A stretch of DNA of 64,000 nucleotides from Ignavibacteriota bacterium (lineage in GTDB: Bacteria > Bacteroidota > Ignavibacteria > Kapaibacteriales > UBA2268): the NCBI GenBank assembly GCA_024636855.1, contig JAGXGG010000064.1:26162-90161 (forward strand), read 5' to 3'. Every line of letters starts with the position of its first letter. The stretch's first letter is position 1. The notes beneath the pieces are model-generated. The model saw nothing but the letters and a program-made list of their open reading frames with translations. It made no database searches and had not been told where the DNA came from. The translations under genes were made by a program, and so were the position numbers. Positions 38,856 to 48,686 of this stretch are shown here, one piece after another.

Positions 38856-40787
38856 TTATCTTCTAAATAAATATTTAAAAAGTATGTCAAAATCTAAAGA
38901 TAGAGAATAGTTATCTAGGTAATGATTGTTCAATTCTACTATCATTTTTTCTTTTAATTTTTGTGGTTCGCTAACATGAGCAAGTCCAATAATACCTAAT
39001 TTTCCTTTTTCTGTCAAATTATTGATCTCAGGAAATAAACCAATAAATGTTAGTTTACCAAGTAACAAGTTAACGAATAAATTAGTATTTCCTTTTACAA
39101 TTAAAAAAGGTAATCCAATTGTGAGCATCAGAAGTGCGATAGAAACATCTGATATCCTCTTGAGTAGTTTGTATCTTAATTGTGATAATTTGCTCTGTTT
39201 CGTCTCCGGATTAACTCCTGAGACTTCAGTAAGTATTTTCGATATTACTAGATTATCGTAGTCAGAAGCAAAGTAAATATGCACCAAGTTATCATTTTTT
39301 AATCGAATAAATTTAGTATCATCATCGAATTGGAACTCAGATTTATCTAGAACTATAACTTCTGTTATAGATTTATCATTAATAGTTTTCTGAATATAAT
39401 CTGGCTCACCAATATATTCTAAATCATCCGTTACGTTTTGATTGTTACTTATAAAACCAACTATAACGGAATTGCTATATTTTGACTTAATATTATGAAT
39501 TAGCTTAGGTGCATTTTCATTCCATCCAACTAGAACTATTCTATTTATTTCCTTAACATTCTTTTGCTTCTCTCGAATACTGCTAAGAATCCTAGTAATA
39601 GTAATGAATACTGTAGAAAATGAAATAGTCATCAACAATATACCGCGACTAAATGCGAAATCACGAAAGAAATATGTGAAAAATGTTAATATGAGTAAAG
39701 ATGACAAAAGTCCAAAAAATGCTTTTCTAATAGTCTGGTTTTGCTCGAAGTACTCACCTGAGAATAGCATGGATATAAAAGTAATAATACTTAAAAATAC
39801 GAAAACTGTTGGGTATGCATAGTCTGGAAATGGAAATGCTTCTCCCCATCTAAGAAATGAAGAAAGTAAAAGGGATAAGTTTACTATTATCAAATCTATT
39901 ATAATGAAAAGGATATCTTTTCTATGCTTTCTCATATAACTAATAAAAGCTCGCAATTTTATCCCTAATCTTAGAAAAGCAAAGAATATCTTTGATTTAC
40001 CATAGTGCTTACGAGCGAATATCTCCATAGCATCATAAAAGTGTTTAGTTTCATTCAGTGTACTTCGTTTAGAGCTCTCCCCTTTGAAATGGGTAATCGT
40101 TGTTTTAGGATAATACGAAACTCTATACCCTGCTTGCTTTATTCTGTAACATAAATCTAAATCTTCTCCATACATAAAGAAGTTATCATCGAAGCCATTA
40201 ATCTTTCTTAGCATATCCGTCCTTGTGAACATAAATGCACCTATTAGGGCGTCTATGTCGTTAGTCTCATCTTCATTTAGATAACTAAGATTATACTTTG
40301 CAAAAAGTTTAGATTTGGGAAATAATCGTTGTAAACCGAAAAGTTTACAAAAGGAAGCCCAAGGTGTAGGAAAACCCCTTCTGCAAGCTGTTTGGAATGT
40401 ACCATCTAGGTTAAGCACTTTGCACCCTGATGTACCTATATCAGGATTAGACTCCATATAGTCATACATAACTTGCAGCGTATCTGTCTCTATAAGAGTG
40501 TCAGGATTGAGTATTAGAGTATATTTCCCTTTAGCAATTTCGAATCCCAGATTATTAGCTTTACCGAAACCAACGTTTTTTGGAGAGTAAATGTAGGAGA
40601 AATTCTCTTCTGATTCGGACAACTCATTGAATATTCTTTCAGAGCCATCAGTAGATGCATTATCAACTACAATTATTTCATATCGCAAATTTGTAATAGA
40701 TTTATTTATCGAGCTTATACATTGCGAAAGGAAATCCTTCACATTGTAATTCACGATTACTATGGATATGTCAATATTGGGTTGCAA
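38856..40787 (-). CDS. Glycosyltransferase family 2 fused to TM region and a degenerate (catalytic core deleted) polyprenyl-phosphate sugar-transferase-like C-terminal domain
   Basis: N-terminus ISIVIVNYNVKDFLSQCISSI...IIVVDNASTDGS (GT2), then 4-5 TM helices. The C-terminus (KRISDVSIALLMLTIGLPFLIV ... IGLFPE ... GIIGLAHV ... YLDNYSLSLDFDILFKYLF) is collinear with the start and end of the Bac_transf domain of the neighbouring gene 41521-42996 but lacks the KFRSM/GPRP core. Confidence 0.7.
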   Translation of the reverse strand: MQPNIDISIVIVNYNVKDFLSQCISSINKSITNLRYEIIVVDNASTDGSERIFNELSESEENFSYIYSPKNVGFGKANNLGFEIAKGKYTLILNPDTLIETDTLQVMYDYMESNPDIGTSGCKVLNLDGTFQTACRRGFPTPWASFCKLFGLQRLFPKSKLFAKYNLSYLNEDETNDIDALIGAFMFTRTDMLRKINGFDDNFFMYGEDLDLCYRIKQAGYRVSYYPKTTITHFKGESSKRSTLNETKHFYDAMEIFARKHYGKSKIFFAFLRLGIKLRAFISYMRKHRKDILFIIIDLIIVNLSLLLSSFLRWGEAFPFPDYAYPTVFVFLSIITFISMLFSGEYFEQNQTIRKAFFGLLSSLLILTFFTYFFRDFAFSRGILLMTISFSTVFITITRILSSIREKQKNVKEINRIVLVGWNENAPKLIHNIKSKYSNSVIVGFISNNQNVTDDLEYIGEPDYIQKTINDKSITEVIVLDKSEFQFDDDTKFIRLKNDNLVHIYFASDYDNLVISKILTEVSGVNPETKQSKLSQLRYKLLKRISDVSIALLMLTIGLPFLIVKGNTNLFVNLLLGKLTFIGLFPEINNLTEKGKLGIIGLAHVSEPQKLKEKMIVELNNHYLDNYSLSLDFDILFKYLFRR

Positions 40788-40803
40788 TTTTTTTAACTGA
40801 AGG

Positions 40804-41517
40804 TTATTTTGAGATTTTGACTAAGCCCAACTTGAGCTTCCACACCATAAAAATAGCTTCGTATACGATTTTCTTGCTCATTTTTGATTCACCTTCCAAT
40901 CTATCAACAAATATAATTGGGATTTCCTTTACTTTTGCACCTTTCTTCCACAAGCGATAAGTCATCTCTATCTGGAAGCTATATCCATTCGATTTCACTT
41001 CATCAAAATTGATTTTGGAAAGTGCAGTAGCTCTGAAACATTTGAATCCACCTGTAGCATCTTTTACATCCATACCTGTAATAACGCGAGTATAAAGATT
41101 TGCAAAATAGCTAAGGAGTAAGCGCTTAAGTGGCCAATTGACTACGTTTACACCTTTGATATATCTAGAACCAAGTACTACATCATATTCTTCAATATAC
41201 TTTAAGAAGTTCGGTATTTCTTCTGGATTGTGCGAGAAATCAGCGTCCATTTCCATAATATAATCATAACCATGATCAAGGGCATATGTGAATCCAGCAA
41301 GATAAGCAGTACCGAGCCCCATTTTCCCTTCACGCTCGATTATATGGATTCTGCTAGAATCTTGCATCATATCTTTGACAAGTTTGCCTGTACCATCTGG
41401 AGAATTATCATCTACAACTAGTACATCTATTTCATTGTGAACTGAGAATATCTTGTCAATAATTCTGACTATATTTTTACTCTCGTTGTATGTCGGTATT
41501 ACTACTATTGCTTTCAT
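40804..41517 (-). CDS. Polyprenol-phosphate mannose/glucose synthase-like GT2 (Dpm1/GtrB family)
   Basis: MKAIVVIPTYNESKNIVRIIDKI...VLVVDDNSPDGT and DAD motif (MEMDADFSHNPEEIP). Confidence 0.85.
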   Translation of the reverse strand: MKAIVVIPTYNESKNIVRIIDKIFSVHNEIDVLVVDDNSPDGTGKLVKDMMQDSSRIHIIEREGKMGLGTAYLAGFTYALDHGYDYIMEMDADFSHNPEEIPNFLKYIEEYDVVLGSRYIKGVNVVNWPLKRLLLSYFANLYTRVITGMDVKDATGGFKCFRATALSKINFDEVKSNGYSFQIEMTYRLWKKGAKVKEIPIIFVDRLEGESKMSKKIVYEAIFMVWKLKLGLVKISK

Positions 41518-41520
41518 ATA

Positions 41521-42996
41521 TTATGTTTGTCCATGTCCTTTGAACACTAACCAAATTGTCCGAATAATTATTTCAAAATCTAATTTCAATGACATATTTT
41601 CAATATAATAAAAATCGTCTTTAGTTCTATTTTCTATTTCTTCTAAACTGAGTTCATGTGACTCATATTTTATCTGCCACCAACCTGTGATTCCTGGTCT
41701 GACTTTGTGACGGCGATTATAATAATCAAGTTGCTCAGAAAACATTTTTACGAATTTAGGCTGTTCGGGTCTCGGTCCCACTATACTCATATCACCTATA
41801 AAGCAATTCCAAAACTGAGGGACTTCATCTAAATGAGATTTTCGCAAGAATTTACCGAACTTGGTAACTCTCTTATCACCTACTACTGTCCATTTTTGTT
41901 CAGCATCTGGTTTTGCAGGTACCATAGATCTAAACTTATAAATCTTAAATTCTTTGCCATGTCTCCCCACTCGCGGTTGAGTATAGAATACTCCACCTTT
42001 TGATTCTATAGTTATAGCCAATGCAAGCAGTAGCCATAAAGGCAATCCTATAATAAGTACCAATGTACTAAATACAATATCAAATATTCTTTTAGCGAAA
42101 CTCTGCCACGGTTTCATTAGATTCAAATTCACATCTATCAAAGGAATACCGTAAAGGTTCGTAGTCTTCGATTGACCAGTGAATATATGATATAAATCAG
42201 GCTCTATTTTTACACTAATATTATTATCTTTACATATTTGAACTATGTTAAACATACTTGCTCTGTGACTCATCTTAGAACCAATCACTATCGAATCCGG
42301 CTTGTACTCTTCTAATATTTTCATGAAATCATTGATTGACCCTATATTAGGTATCAAATCAACTCCTTCTTCAGATTCTTTATTTTCTGAAGTACTTATA
42401 TACCCAATTGGTCTGAATCCCCAACCTGGTGAAAGTTGCATTTTTCTGGCTATTTGAAATACTTTTTCTTTCTTACCAATGAAAATTGTTCTTAAGTTTA
42501 TTACTTTTCTTTTCCTTAATGATAGCTGTATTCTTCTTGCGATAGTTCTAAATATAACTATATTAACACTTAATACAACAAAATAAATTAGAATCAGCAT
42601 CCTAGGGCTAGTTTGGATGACCGAAAGTACTACTATAGCAAGCATCAAACAACCAAACCCAACTAACTTGAGCATGGTAAATATCTCATCAATTGGAGAT
42701 CGTTCGTACCAGTTTCTATACATACCATTAACAGCAAATAAAGCAATCCAATACACTACTAAAGCGAGAGAAGGATATAATATCAATGACCAATCATAAG
42801 ATAAGTTTGGCTTTATTACACCGAATAAACTAGTCTCAAATCTGATATAATACTGAATAAAAAAGCTAACAACAATAGCTAGAATATCAGCAGTAAGCTC
42901 CAAATATAGTGGTAAAATCAAGTTCTTAAATCTAGTAGAATAAGAAGTCTTGATTTGCTCAGCAATTATTTTTCTATTTTCGACGGCTATGCTCAA
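41521..42996 (-). CDS. Polyprenyl-phosphate sugar-1-phosphate transferase (WbaP/WcaJ-type priming enzyme of exopolysaccharide synthesis)
   Basis: C-terminal Bac_transf domain: KRIFDIVFSTLVLIIGLPLWLL, FYTQPRVGRHGKEFKIYKFRSM, HLDEVPQFWN, GDMSIVGPRPEQP, PGITGWWQ. N-terminal TM helices plus a CoA-binding-like linker. Confidence 0.9.
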   Translation of the reverse strand: MSIAVENRKIIAEQIKTSYSTRFKNLILPLYLELTADILAIVVSFFIQYYIRFETSLFGVIKPNLSYDWSLILYPSLALVVYWIALFAVNGMYRNWYERSPIDEIFTMLKLVGFGCLMLAIVVLSVIQTSPRMLILIYFVVLSVNIVIFRTIARRIQLSLRKRKVINLRTIFIGKKEKVFQIARKMQLSPGWGFRPIGYISTSENKESEEGVDLIPNIGSINDFMKILEEYKPDSIVIGSKMSHRASMFNIVQICKDNNISVKIEPDLYHIFTGQSKTTNLYGIPLIDVNLNLMKPWQSFAKRIFDIVFSTLVLIIGLPLWLLLALAITIESKGGVFYTQPRVGRHGKEFKIYKFRSMVPAKPDAEQKWTVVGDKRVTKFGKFLRKSHLDEVPQFWNCFIGDMSIVGPRPEQPKFVKMFSEQLDYYNRRHKVRPGITGWWQIKYESHELSLEEIENRTKDDFYYIENMSLKLDFEIIIRTIWLVFKGHGQT

Positions 42997-44126
42997 TCTA
43001 ATCCTTTCCTACTCCATTTAGCATTTTGATTACCGTACATATAATGCAATATACCTTTAATAAATCCAATATTCATCGAAACGAAGAACAATGGTAATTT
43101 AAGTGGATTTGTCATTTCACCCTTTTCAAGTAAATATCCAATACCGCTAATTATTATTAATACAGAAATGGTATAAGCCGTTATTAGTCCAAAGAACGTA
43201 TCTAACATAAAGAGAGAGAATATATATCCCAACATCAAGAAAACAGAAGAAAACCATCTTAGTAACTTATGTGACCATAGGAAAAATGAACTCCACCCAT
43301 TGCTAAATGAAAGCAAATCTTTGAATGCGAATATAGTAGAAAGTCCGCCACCAACTAGTCGTTTCCTTCGTGAATAATCTTCAAAGAAATTGGACTTACG
43401 AACTTCGTATATTTTATTATCTTCATCAAAATATACTCGTTTTCCCTTTTTAACGCTAGTAAGTATAGAATGTAAATCATCACAATACTTATCAGATGGG
43501 ATACTTTCAAAAATATCTTTCTTTATTATATAGCTACCTAATGAATTGACACACGAAGCTATTTCACTTTCATTTCTTCTTATAAAAGACTCATATTTTT
43601 GATATACTGATTCTCCTTCTTTAGAATCTTCGCCACTTTTAGAACGCATTTCAATTGGACATATTATAATCCCAACATCAAGTTTACCGAAGTTATCAAG
43701 TAAATTTTTAATACTTTTTTCTTTCAATCTAAAATCAGCATCAATGAAAAGAAGATTCTCATAATTAGATTCATTTACCAATTGATTTAATGTTTGGTTT
43801 TTACCTTGTCTAGAATAATCGAATACTTTTACATACTCACTATTCATAGCTGATACGAACTCTACTGTCCTATCAACACTACCGTCTGAACCGACTAGAA
43901 TCTCTAAATTGAGCCCAGAAATATCCGATTGTAAAATAGATTCAATACAATCTACTATATGCTCTTCTTCATTATAAGCTGCTATTATAATACTTAGCGA
44001 GTTTATATTCTCGTCCCTATGCTGAATTTTATTCTTGGGAAGTATAGCAAGTATTATTGGATATATAACCAATGGATATGCGAAAAGAATAAGCAAAATA
44101 GCAAGTATAATAGACATTACATCCAT
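42993..44126 (-). CDS. Membrane-anchored glycosyltransferase family 2 (paralog A)
   Basis: LSIIIAAYNEEEHIVDCIESIL and DAD-like LLFIDADFRLK motifs. C-terminal TM helices. Collinear similarity to 44176-45321. Confidence 0.8.
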   Translation of the reverse strand: MDVMSIILAILLILFAYPLVIYPIILAILPKNKIQHRDENINSLSIIIAAYNEEEHIVDCIESILQSDISGLNLEILVGSDGSVDRTVEFVSAMNSEYVKVFDYSRQGKNQTLNQLVNESNYENLLFIDADFRLKEKSIKNLLDNFGKLDVGIIICPIEMRSKSGEDSKEGESVYQKYESFIRRNESEIASCVNSLGSYIIKKDIFESIPSDKYCDDLHSILTSVKKGKRVYFDEDNKIYEVRKSNFFEDYSRRKRLVGGGLSTIFAFKDLLSFSNGWSSFFLWSHKLLRWFSSVFLMLGYIFSLFMLDTFFGLITAYTISVLIIISGIGYLLEKGEMTNPLKLPLFFVSMNIGFIKGILHYMYGNQNAKWSRKGLD

Positions 44127-44175
44127 ATATTTACCTCTGAGCTTGATTCATTTCTAATATGTTTTTGATTATTTA

Positions 44176-45321
44176 TCACTCTAAGCCTTTTCTACTCCAA
44201 ATTGCATTTTGTTTTTTCTTATAAAACTGAATTATACCTTCCAGAAAGCCTATGTTCATAGAAATGAAGAACAATGGCAGTTTCAGAGGGTTACTTATAC
44301 GATTCTTTTCTAAGACATATCCTATTAGACTAAGGGCTATTGTGATAGTGAAGAAATACATAAATGCAGCACCTAGTTCTGTATCTAGTATGAAAAATGA
44401 TACTATATAAGCTAACAAAAGTATAATAGACGAGTACCATCTTAGTATTTTGTGTGACCATAAGAAAAGTGAAGTCCATCCATAAGTAGGTTTAAGTAGT
44501 TTTGGGAAACTGAATATAGTCGCTAATCCACCCCCTACTAATCTTTTACGCCTCAGGTATTCCTCACTAAAGTTTCGTTCTCTAACATCTACTAAGTTAA
44601 TTTTTTTGCTGAATATTACCTTTTTCTTGTTTTCTATAGTTACAAGTAGTGAATAAAGGTCATCGCATACTTTGTCATTTGGAAATTTTTGGAATAACTC
44701 TTTGCGAATAGCATGACTACCTAGCGAGTTAATATTACTCTTTACTAGGGATTCTCTTTCTCTTAGGAAACTATCGTATTTCTGATAGAAAGATTCACCC
44801 TTTGATCCAGTGTTGTCTCTAGATTGTCTAAACTCGACTGAAAAAACTAGGCATCCAACTTTATCTTTCAGTATGGAATTAGTTTGTTTTAGAGATTCCG
44901 TCTTCAATCTACAATCAGCATCTAATACTAACATAATAGAGCCTGTCATCTCATCAGAAAGACGATTCAATATTGAATTTTTACCAATTCTTTCGTGTCT
45001 ATAATAAGTCACATTTTCGTATTCATTTGCTATTTTCTTGATTTTTTCGTCAGTATTATCAGTTGAACCATCAGAACCTACTAATATTTCTAATTTAGAT
45101 GGAGGATAATCAGCCATCAAAACTGAGTTAATACAATCACTGATATAATCTTCTTCATTATAAGCTGCAATTAGAACCGAAATTTTCTCTAAATTATCAT
45201 CTTTATTTCCAAATACAACACTCTTATTAATAGCCAATATATACAATATAATAGGATATAGTAAATAGACATAAGTCACTAAGAGTAAGGAGAAAAGCAA
45301 TATAAATAGAGAAATATTCAT
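44176..45321 (-). CDS. Membrane-anchored glycosyltransferase family 2 (paralog B)
   Basis: ISVLIAAYNEEDYISDCINSVL and LVLDADCRLK. Shares RKRLVGGGL(A/S)TIF and C-terminal TM helices with paralog A. Confidence 0.8.
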   Translation of the reverse strand: MNISLFILLFSLLLVTYVYLLYPIILYILAINKSVVFGNKDDNLEKISVLIAAYNEEDYISDCINSVLMADYPPSKLEILVGSDGSTDNTDEKIKKIANEYENVTYYRHERIGKNSILNRLSDEMTGSIMLVLDADCRLKTESLKQTNSILKDKVGCLVFSVEFRQSRDNTGSKGESFYQKYDSFLRERESLVKSNINSLGSHAIRKELFQKFPNDKVCDDLYSLLVTIENKKKVIFSKKINLVDVRERNFSEEYLRRKRLVGGGLATIFSFPKLLKPTYGWTSLFLWSHKILRWYSSIILLLAYIVSFFILDTELGAAFMYFFTITIALSLIGYVLEKNRISNPLKLPLFFISMNIGFLEGIIQFYKKKQNAIWSRKGLE

Positions 45322-45327
45322 TATAAA

Positions 45328-46971
45328 CTAGAAGTCCTCCAGAGTTAGGATAACTCTAAAATAGTGATTTGATTCGACTTTAGTTTCGTATGAGTACATT
45401 GCTTTCAAATTAAGGTTTCTAATTAGTTCTATCCCTGCAGAAAGTTCAAATATACTTGTTTTTATTAGATTTCCATCTAAGAATTCAATTCCTACCAGTT
45501 TATCATCTGGTCTTCTTGATTGATTTACATCACCACCAACATTCTCAACAAGTTCATCATTTTCGAATACATTCTCACCATGTCTGGTACTAATGAAACG
45601 GAAGCTAATTGGATATTTGTTACTAATCCAATAATTGATCATAAAACCTAGATAATCAGAGTTTGGTTTGATAATTGAGCCAAGTAAACCTCTATCATTG
45701 GTATAGGAATTAAGCCCGTTGAAATGAGAATAAGTATAAGGCTCTACTCTAGAATACTCCATACCCAAGTCAAAAGGTAAGTCAAGAGAGTATGTTGCTG
45801 CTATATTCCAAGCTGTTTTATTACTCCAGTATCCATTGCCTATTTCACTAATAATAATATCATCTAATAAAAAACTACCTTTCAGTTGCAAATTATTAAA
45901 TGGTCTGATAGTTGCATCTATACCCATCATCGAATTATCTCTATCGCGTAATGCGTGTTCAAGTGATTTGAAGAAAGAGATGGGATTCAAATAAGCGAAA
46001 TCTATAGAACGGTTAGAATATATAACACTTTCCCATAGAGCAATCTCTCCACAAGAAGGTCGAAATGCGAATCGATGCATAACTAAGAACTTATCTGGAA
46101 TCACTGAGTTAAATCCCTGGCTTATATTTGTATCTTGAGGTGAAGAAAGCAAAGAGCCATGAGTAAATCGATACTCAAAACTACTAAACTTAGCTCCCAA
46201 ACTTATGGCATCAAACGGTTGTGATGAGTTTGAAATAAATACTTTCTGAAATAATCCGGCACCTAGATTTCTGACTTCTCTACCTAATGTAGCATAAAAC
46301 CAATCATTGTCATATCGAATATGTGACTGAGTGAAATCCAAATCACTTTCCAGAAATGCAAATTTAACATTATTACTATACGATTGTTCCCTATCTATAG
46401 CTAACCTCCTATCACCGGAGATTATTGAGCCATTTGTAGCTTGTAGGTAATAACCAAATGAATTGGAAAGTGTACCCATTAGTCTAATCCCACCGTGGAG
46501 TAGAACACTTTTGCTCTCGTCATAATTAGGATTATTTGTAAAAAAGGATTCTGCTTTAAGAAGTGGTTTTAGTTCTACATTGCTAGTGCTATCTGTGTAT
46601 TTGTATATATATTTGTCTTTATTGCCAAGCAAATCATCGAAGAAAATGTTATCCGTATTCTGGTCATTTTCAAATACTACAGTATTTTTTTCTGGTAGTG
46701 CATTGAATTCTTTCAGATAGAATATAACAATCTCTTTATCTCTTATAGATAGATTACTGTCATTGTACATTTGGTTCAATATAGCAGTTATCTCCTTTCT
46801 TTGAAGAGGTAAACTAGATAAAGATTTATGTTCCAAATATCCCTTATTCTCAGCTCTTAGAAGATAATCATAGACAGGGGAAGTCAACGGAACATGCTCC
46901 ACTTGTGCATCTAGCAAACTACTAGTTAATGAAAAAACTAGTAGAACCGATATGATTATCCTTTTTAACAT
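45328..46971 (-). CDS. Secreted/outer-membrane protein of the polysaccharide locus (possibly Wzi-like capsule-assembly beta-barrel)
   Basis: Signal peptide (VLLVFSLTSSLLDAQ). Beta-rich C-terminus ending LTLEDF. Sits next to the Wza-like gene. The family assignment is a guess. Confidence 0.4.
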   Translation of the reverse strand: MLKRIIISVLLVFSLTSSLLDAQVEHVPLTSPVYDYLLRAENKGYLEHKSLSSLPLQRKEITAILNQMYNDSNLSIRDKEIVIFYLKEFNALPEKNTVVFENDQNTDNIFFDDLLGNKDKYIYKYTDSTSNVELKPLLKAESFFTNNPNYDESKSVLLHGGIRLMGTLSNSFGYYLQATNGSIISGDRRLAIDREQSYSNNVKFAFLESDLDFTQSHIRYDNDWFYATLGREVRNLGAGLFQKVFISNSSQPFDAISLGAKFSSFEYRFTHGSLLSSPQDTNISQGFNSVIPDKFLVMHRFAFRPSCGEIALWESVIYSNRSIDFAYLNPISFFKSLEHALRDRDNSMMGIDATIRPFNNLQLKGSFLLDDIIISEIGNGYWSNKTAWNIAATYSLDLPFDLGMEYSRVEPYTYSHFNGLNSYTNDRGLLGSIIKPNSDYLGFMINYWISNKYPISFRFISTRHGENVFENDELVENVGGDVNQSRRPDDKLVGIEFLDGNLIKTSIFELSAGIELIRNLNLKAMYSYETKVESNHYFRVILTLEDF

Positions 46972-48686
46972 TAATTTTTAACTGTATTCACAATATTGAC
47001 AATCAAGAAACCGAGAGATAATATAATACTACCAATGGCGGCATAAGTTGAAACTTTTGCTTGCTCTGTTGAAGTAGATACATCAACCTCACCAGGTACA
47101 TATATATAATCCCCATCGTAGACTAAGGTTTCTTCAATATCACCGACCCATGAGCTAGTATTCTTTCTTATAACTGCAGTTCTATCTTCATCGGCTACAT
47201 TGGTAAAGCCACCAGTTTTATCAATATAATACAGAATGTTTTTTCCTTTTTCGAACTCAACAAAACCTGGATTCTCAACTCTACCAAATATGTAAACTCT
47301 ATTCGGACTAGTTGGTATGACTATCTCATCACCATTTTCTAAAGTAACATCAAAGTTCTTATCGTTAAGAGCTTTTGTAAAATCGACAGATACTATTGGT
47401 TCAATAGAGTGGACATCAAGTGTATATCTTACTGTATCTTCTAAAGTAAGATTACTCTTTCTAAATAATTTGAATGCTTCTGTTCTAGATTCGCTTAAAT
47501 CATCGAATTCGTTACTCTTTCTATATAGCTTAGCCAAAGGTAGATAAGCTCCTTCGGAGATTCCTCCTGCTTGTGCTATTATTTCACTAAGTTTAGTTTT
47601 CGAATTGACAATCGGGAATGCACCAGGACTCTTTACATATCCTCTTATAGTGACAACACCCTCGCTTATAGATGTTTTTTCTTCAATATTGGTAGCTATT
47701 ATAACTGCGCCAGGACTAAGTTCTCTATCGTTATCGACTATTATCTTACCATCTTTTGAATTTAGTTTTACTTTATTTCCATTATCAAATAAGTAAATAT
47801 TATCTGTATCTGCAAAAGAAGTCAGACCTAACCCATACTCAACCAATTCTGATAGTTTATCACCATTTTTATAAGGCAATGTAATAGGTCTATTCACTTC
47901 ACCTGAAATAGATAAAGTCCCAAATTGAGATCTGTTGAAAGGTACTATTATCCTATCACCTTGTCTAACATAAGGGTTATTGTAAGCATTATCTTTTGAT
48001 TTAGCTTTTATCAAATCAACTAGAGTACTAGTACCATCCTCATGTACTACCAAAACATTTCTCTTCCAATAATCAACTACTTCACTATTATCTTGATTTC
48101 TGGAATAAGTTTTTTTCATTCTTAATCTTTCTTGTATATAAGTATCTTCGCTTGCATTATTTTTTTCAGAGATTGGGCCTCTCTTATTTGCAATTTGGAT
48201 AGCATCGGATACTTTAAAAGTCGATGGCAGATTATAAACACTAGAGTTTAACACATTCCCTTCTACTTCTACGAAAGATAAGTGAGGCTTTTGAAATGAA
48301 GTTGTTACTATAGCATCAGACTTATACTTGGTTATATTTTCCTCAATTAGTTTTCGGACTTCAGTCAACGTCTTTCCATTAACATCAATCAATCCACCAG
48401 AGCGAGGAAGTAATATCATATTATCAGGAGATACTACGACAGGTACTGGTGTAGTTAACATTGGTATAGCTTTAATCATAAGCACATCACCAGGACCCAT
48501 ATAATAATAATCAGGATTTACAATATTAGAAACTGGCATTTGCTCTGTTTCAAACATTTGAGAATCCATACCCTTATTATTCTCAATTTCACTTTTTAGT
48601 ATTGAGCTACTTTCACCCATACCAGTTACTTGTGCCATCAGTGTCATTGTAGATAGCAACATAACAATCAAATACCTTAACTTCAT
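46971..48686 (-). CDS. Polysaccharide export protein (Wza/Poly_export family with several SLBB repeats)
   Basis: YYYMGPGDVLMIKAIP...GKTLTEVRKLIEE matches the Poly_export motif. The later repeats VRQGDRIIVP and LENGDEIVIPT look like SLBB beta-grasp modules. The C-terminus carries a TM helix. Confidence 0.75.
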   Translation of the reverse strand: MKLRYLIVMLLSTMTLMAQVTGMGESSSILKSEIENNKGMDSQMFETEQMPVSNIVNPDYYYMGPGDVLMIKAIPMLTTPVPVVVSPDNMILLPRSGGLIDVNGKTLTEVRKLIEENITKYKSDAIVTTSFQKPHLSFVEVEGNVLNSSVYNLPSTFKVSDAIQIANKRGPISEKNNASEDTYIQERLRMKKTYSRNQDNSEVVDYWKRNVLVVHEDGTSTLVDLIKAKSKDNAYNNPYVRQGDRIIVPFNRSQFGTLSISGEVNRPITLPYKNGDKLSELVEYGLGLTSFADTDNIYLFDNGNKVKLNSKDGKIIVDNDRELSPGAVIIATNIEEKTSISEGVVTIRGYVKSPGAFPIVNSKTKLSEIIAQAGGISEGAYLPLAKLYRKSNEFDDLSESRTEAFKLFRKSNLTLEDTVRYTLDVHSIEPIVSVDFTKALNDKNFDVTLENGDEIVIPTSPNRVYIFGRVENPGFVEFEKGKNILYYIDKTGGFTNVADEDRTAVIRKNTSSWVGDIEETLVYDGDYIYVPGEVDVSTSTEQAKVSTYAAIGSIILSLGFLIVNIVNTVKN

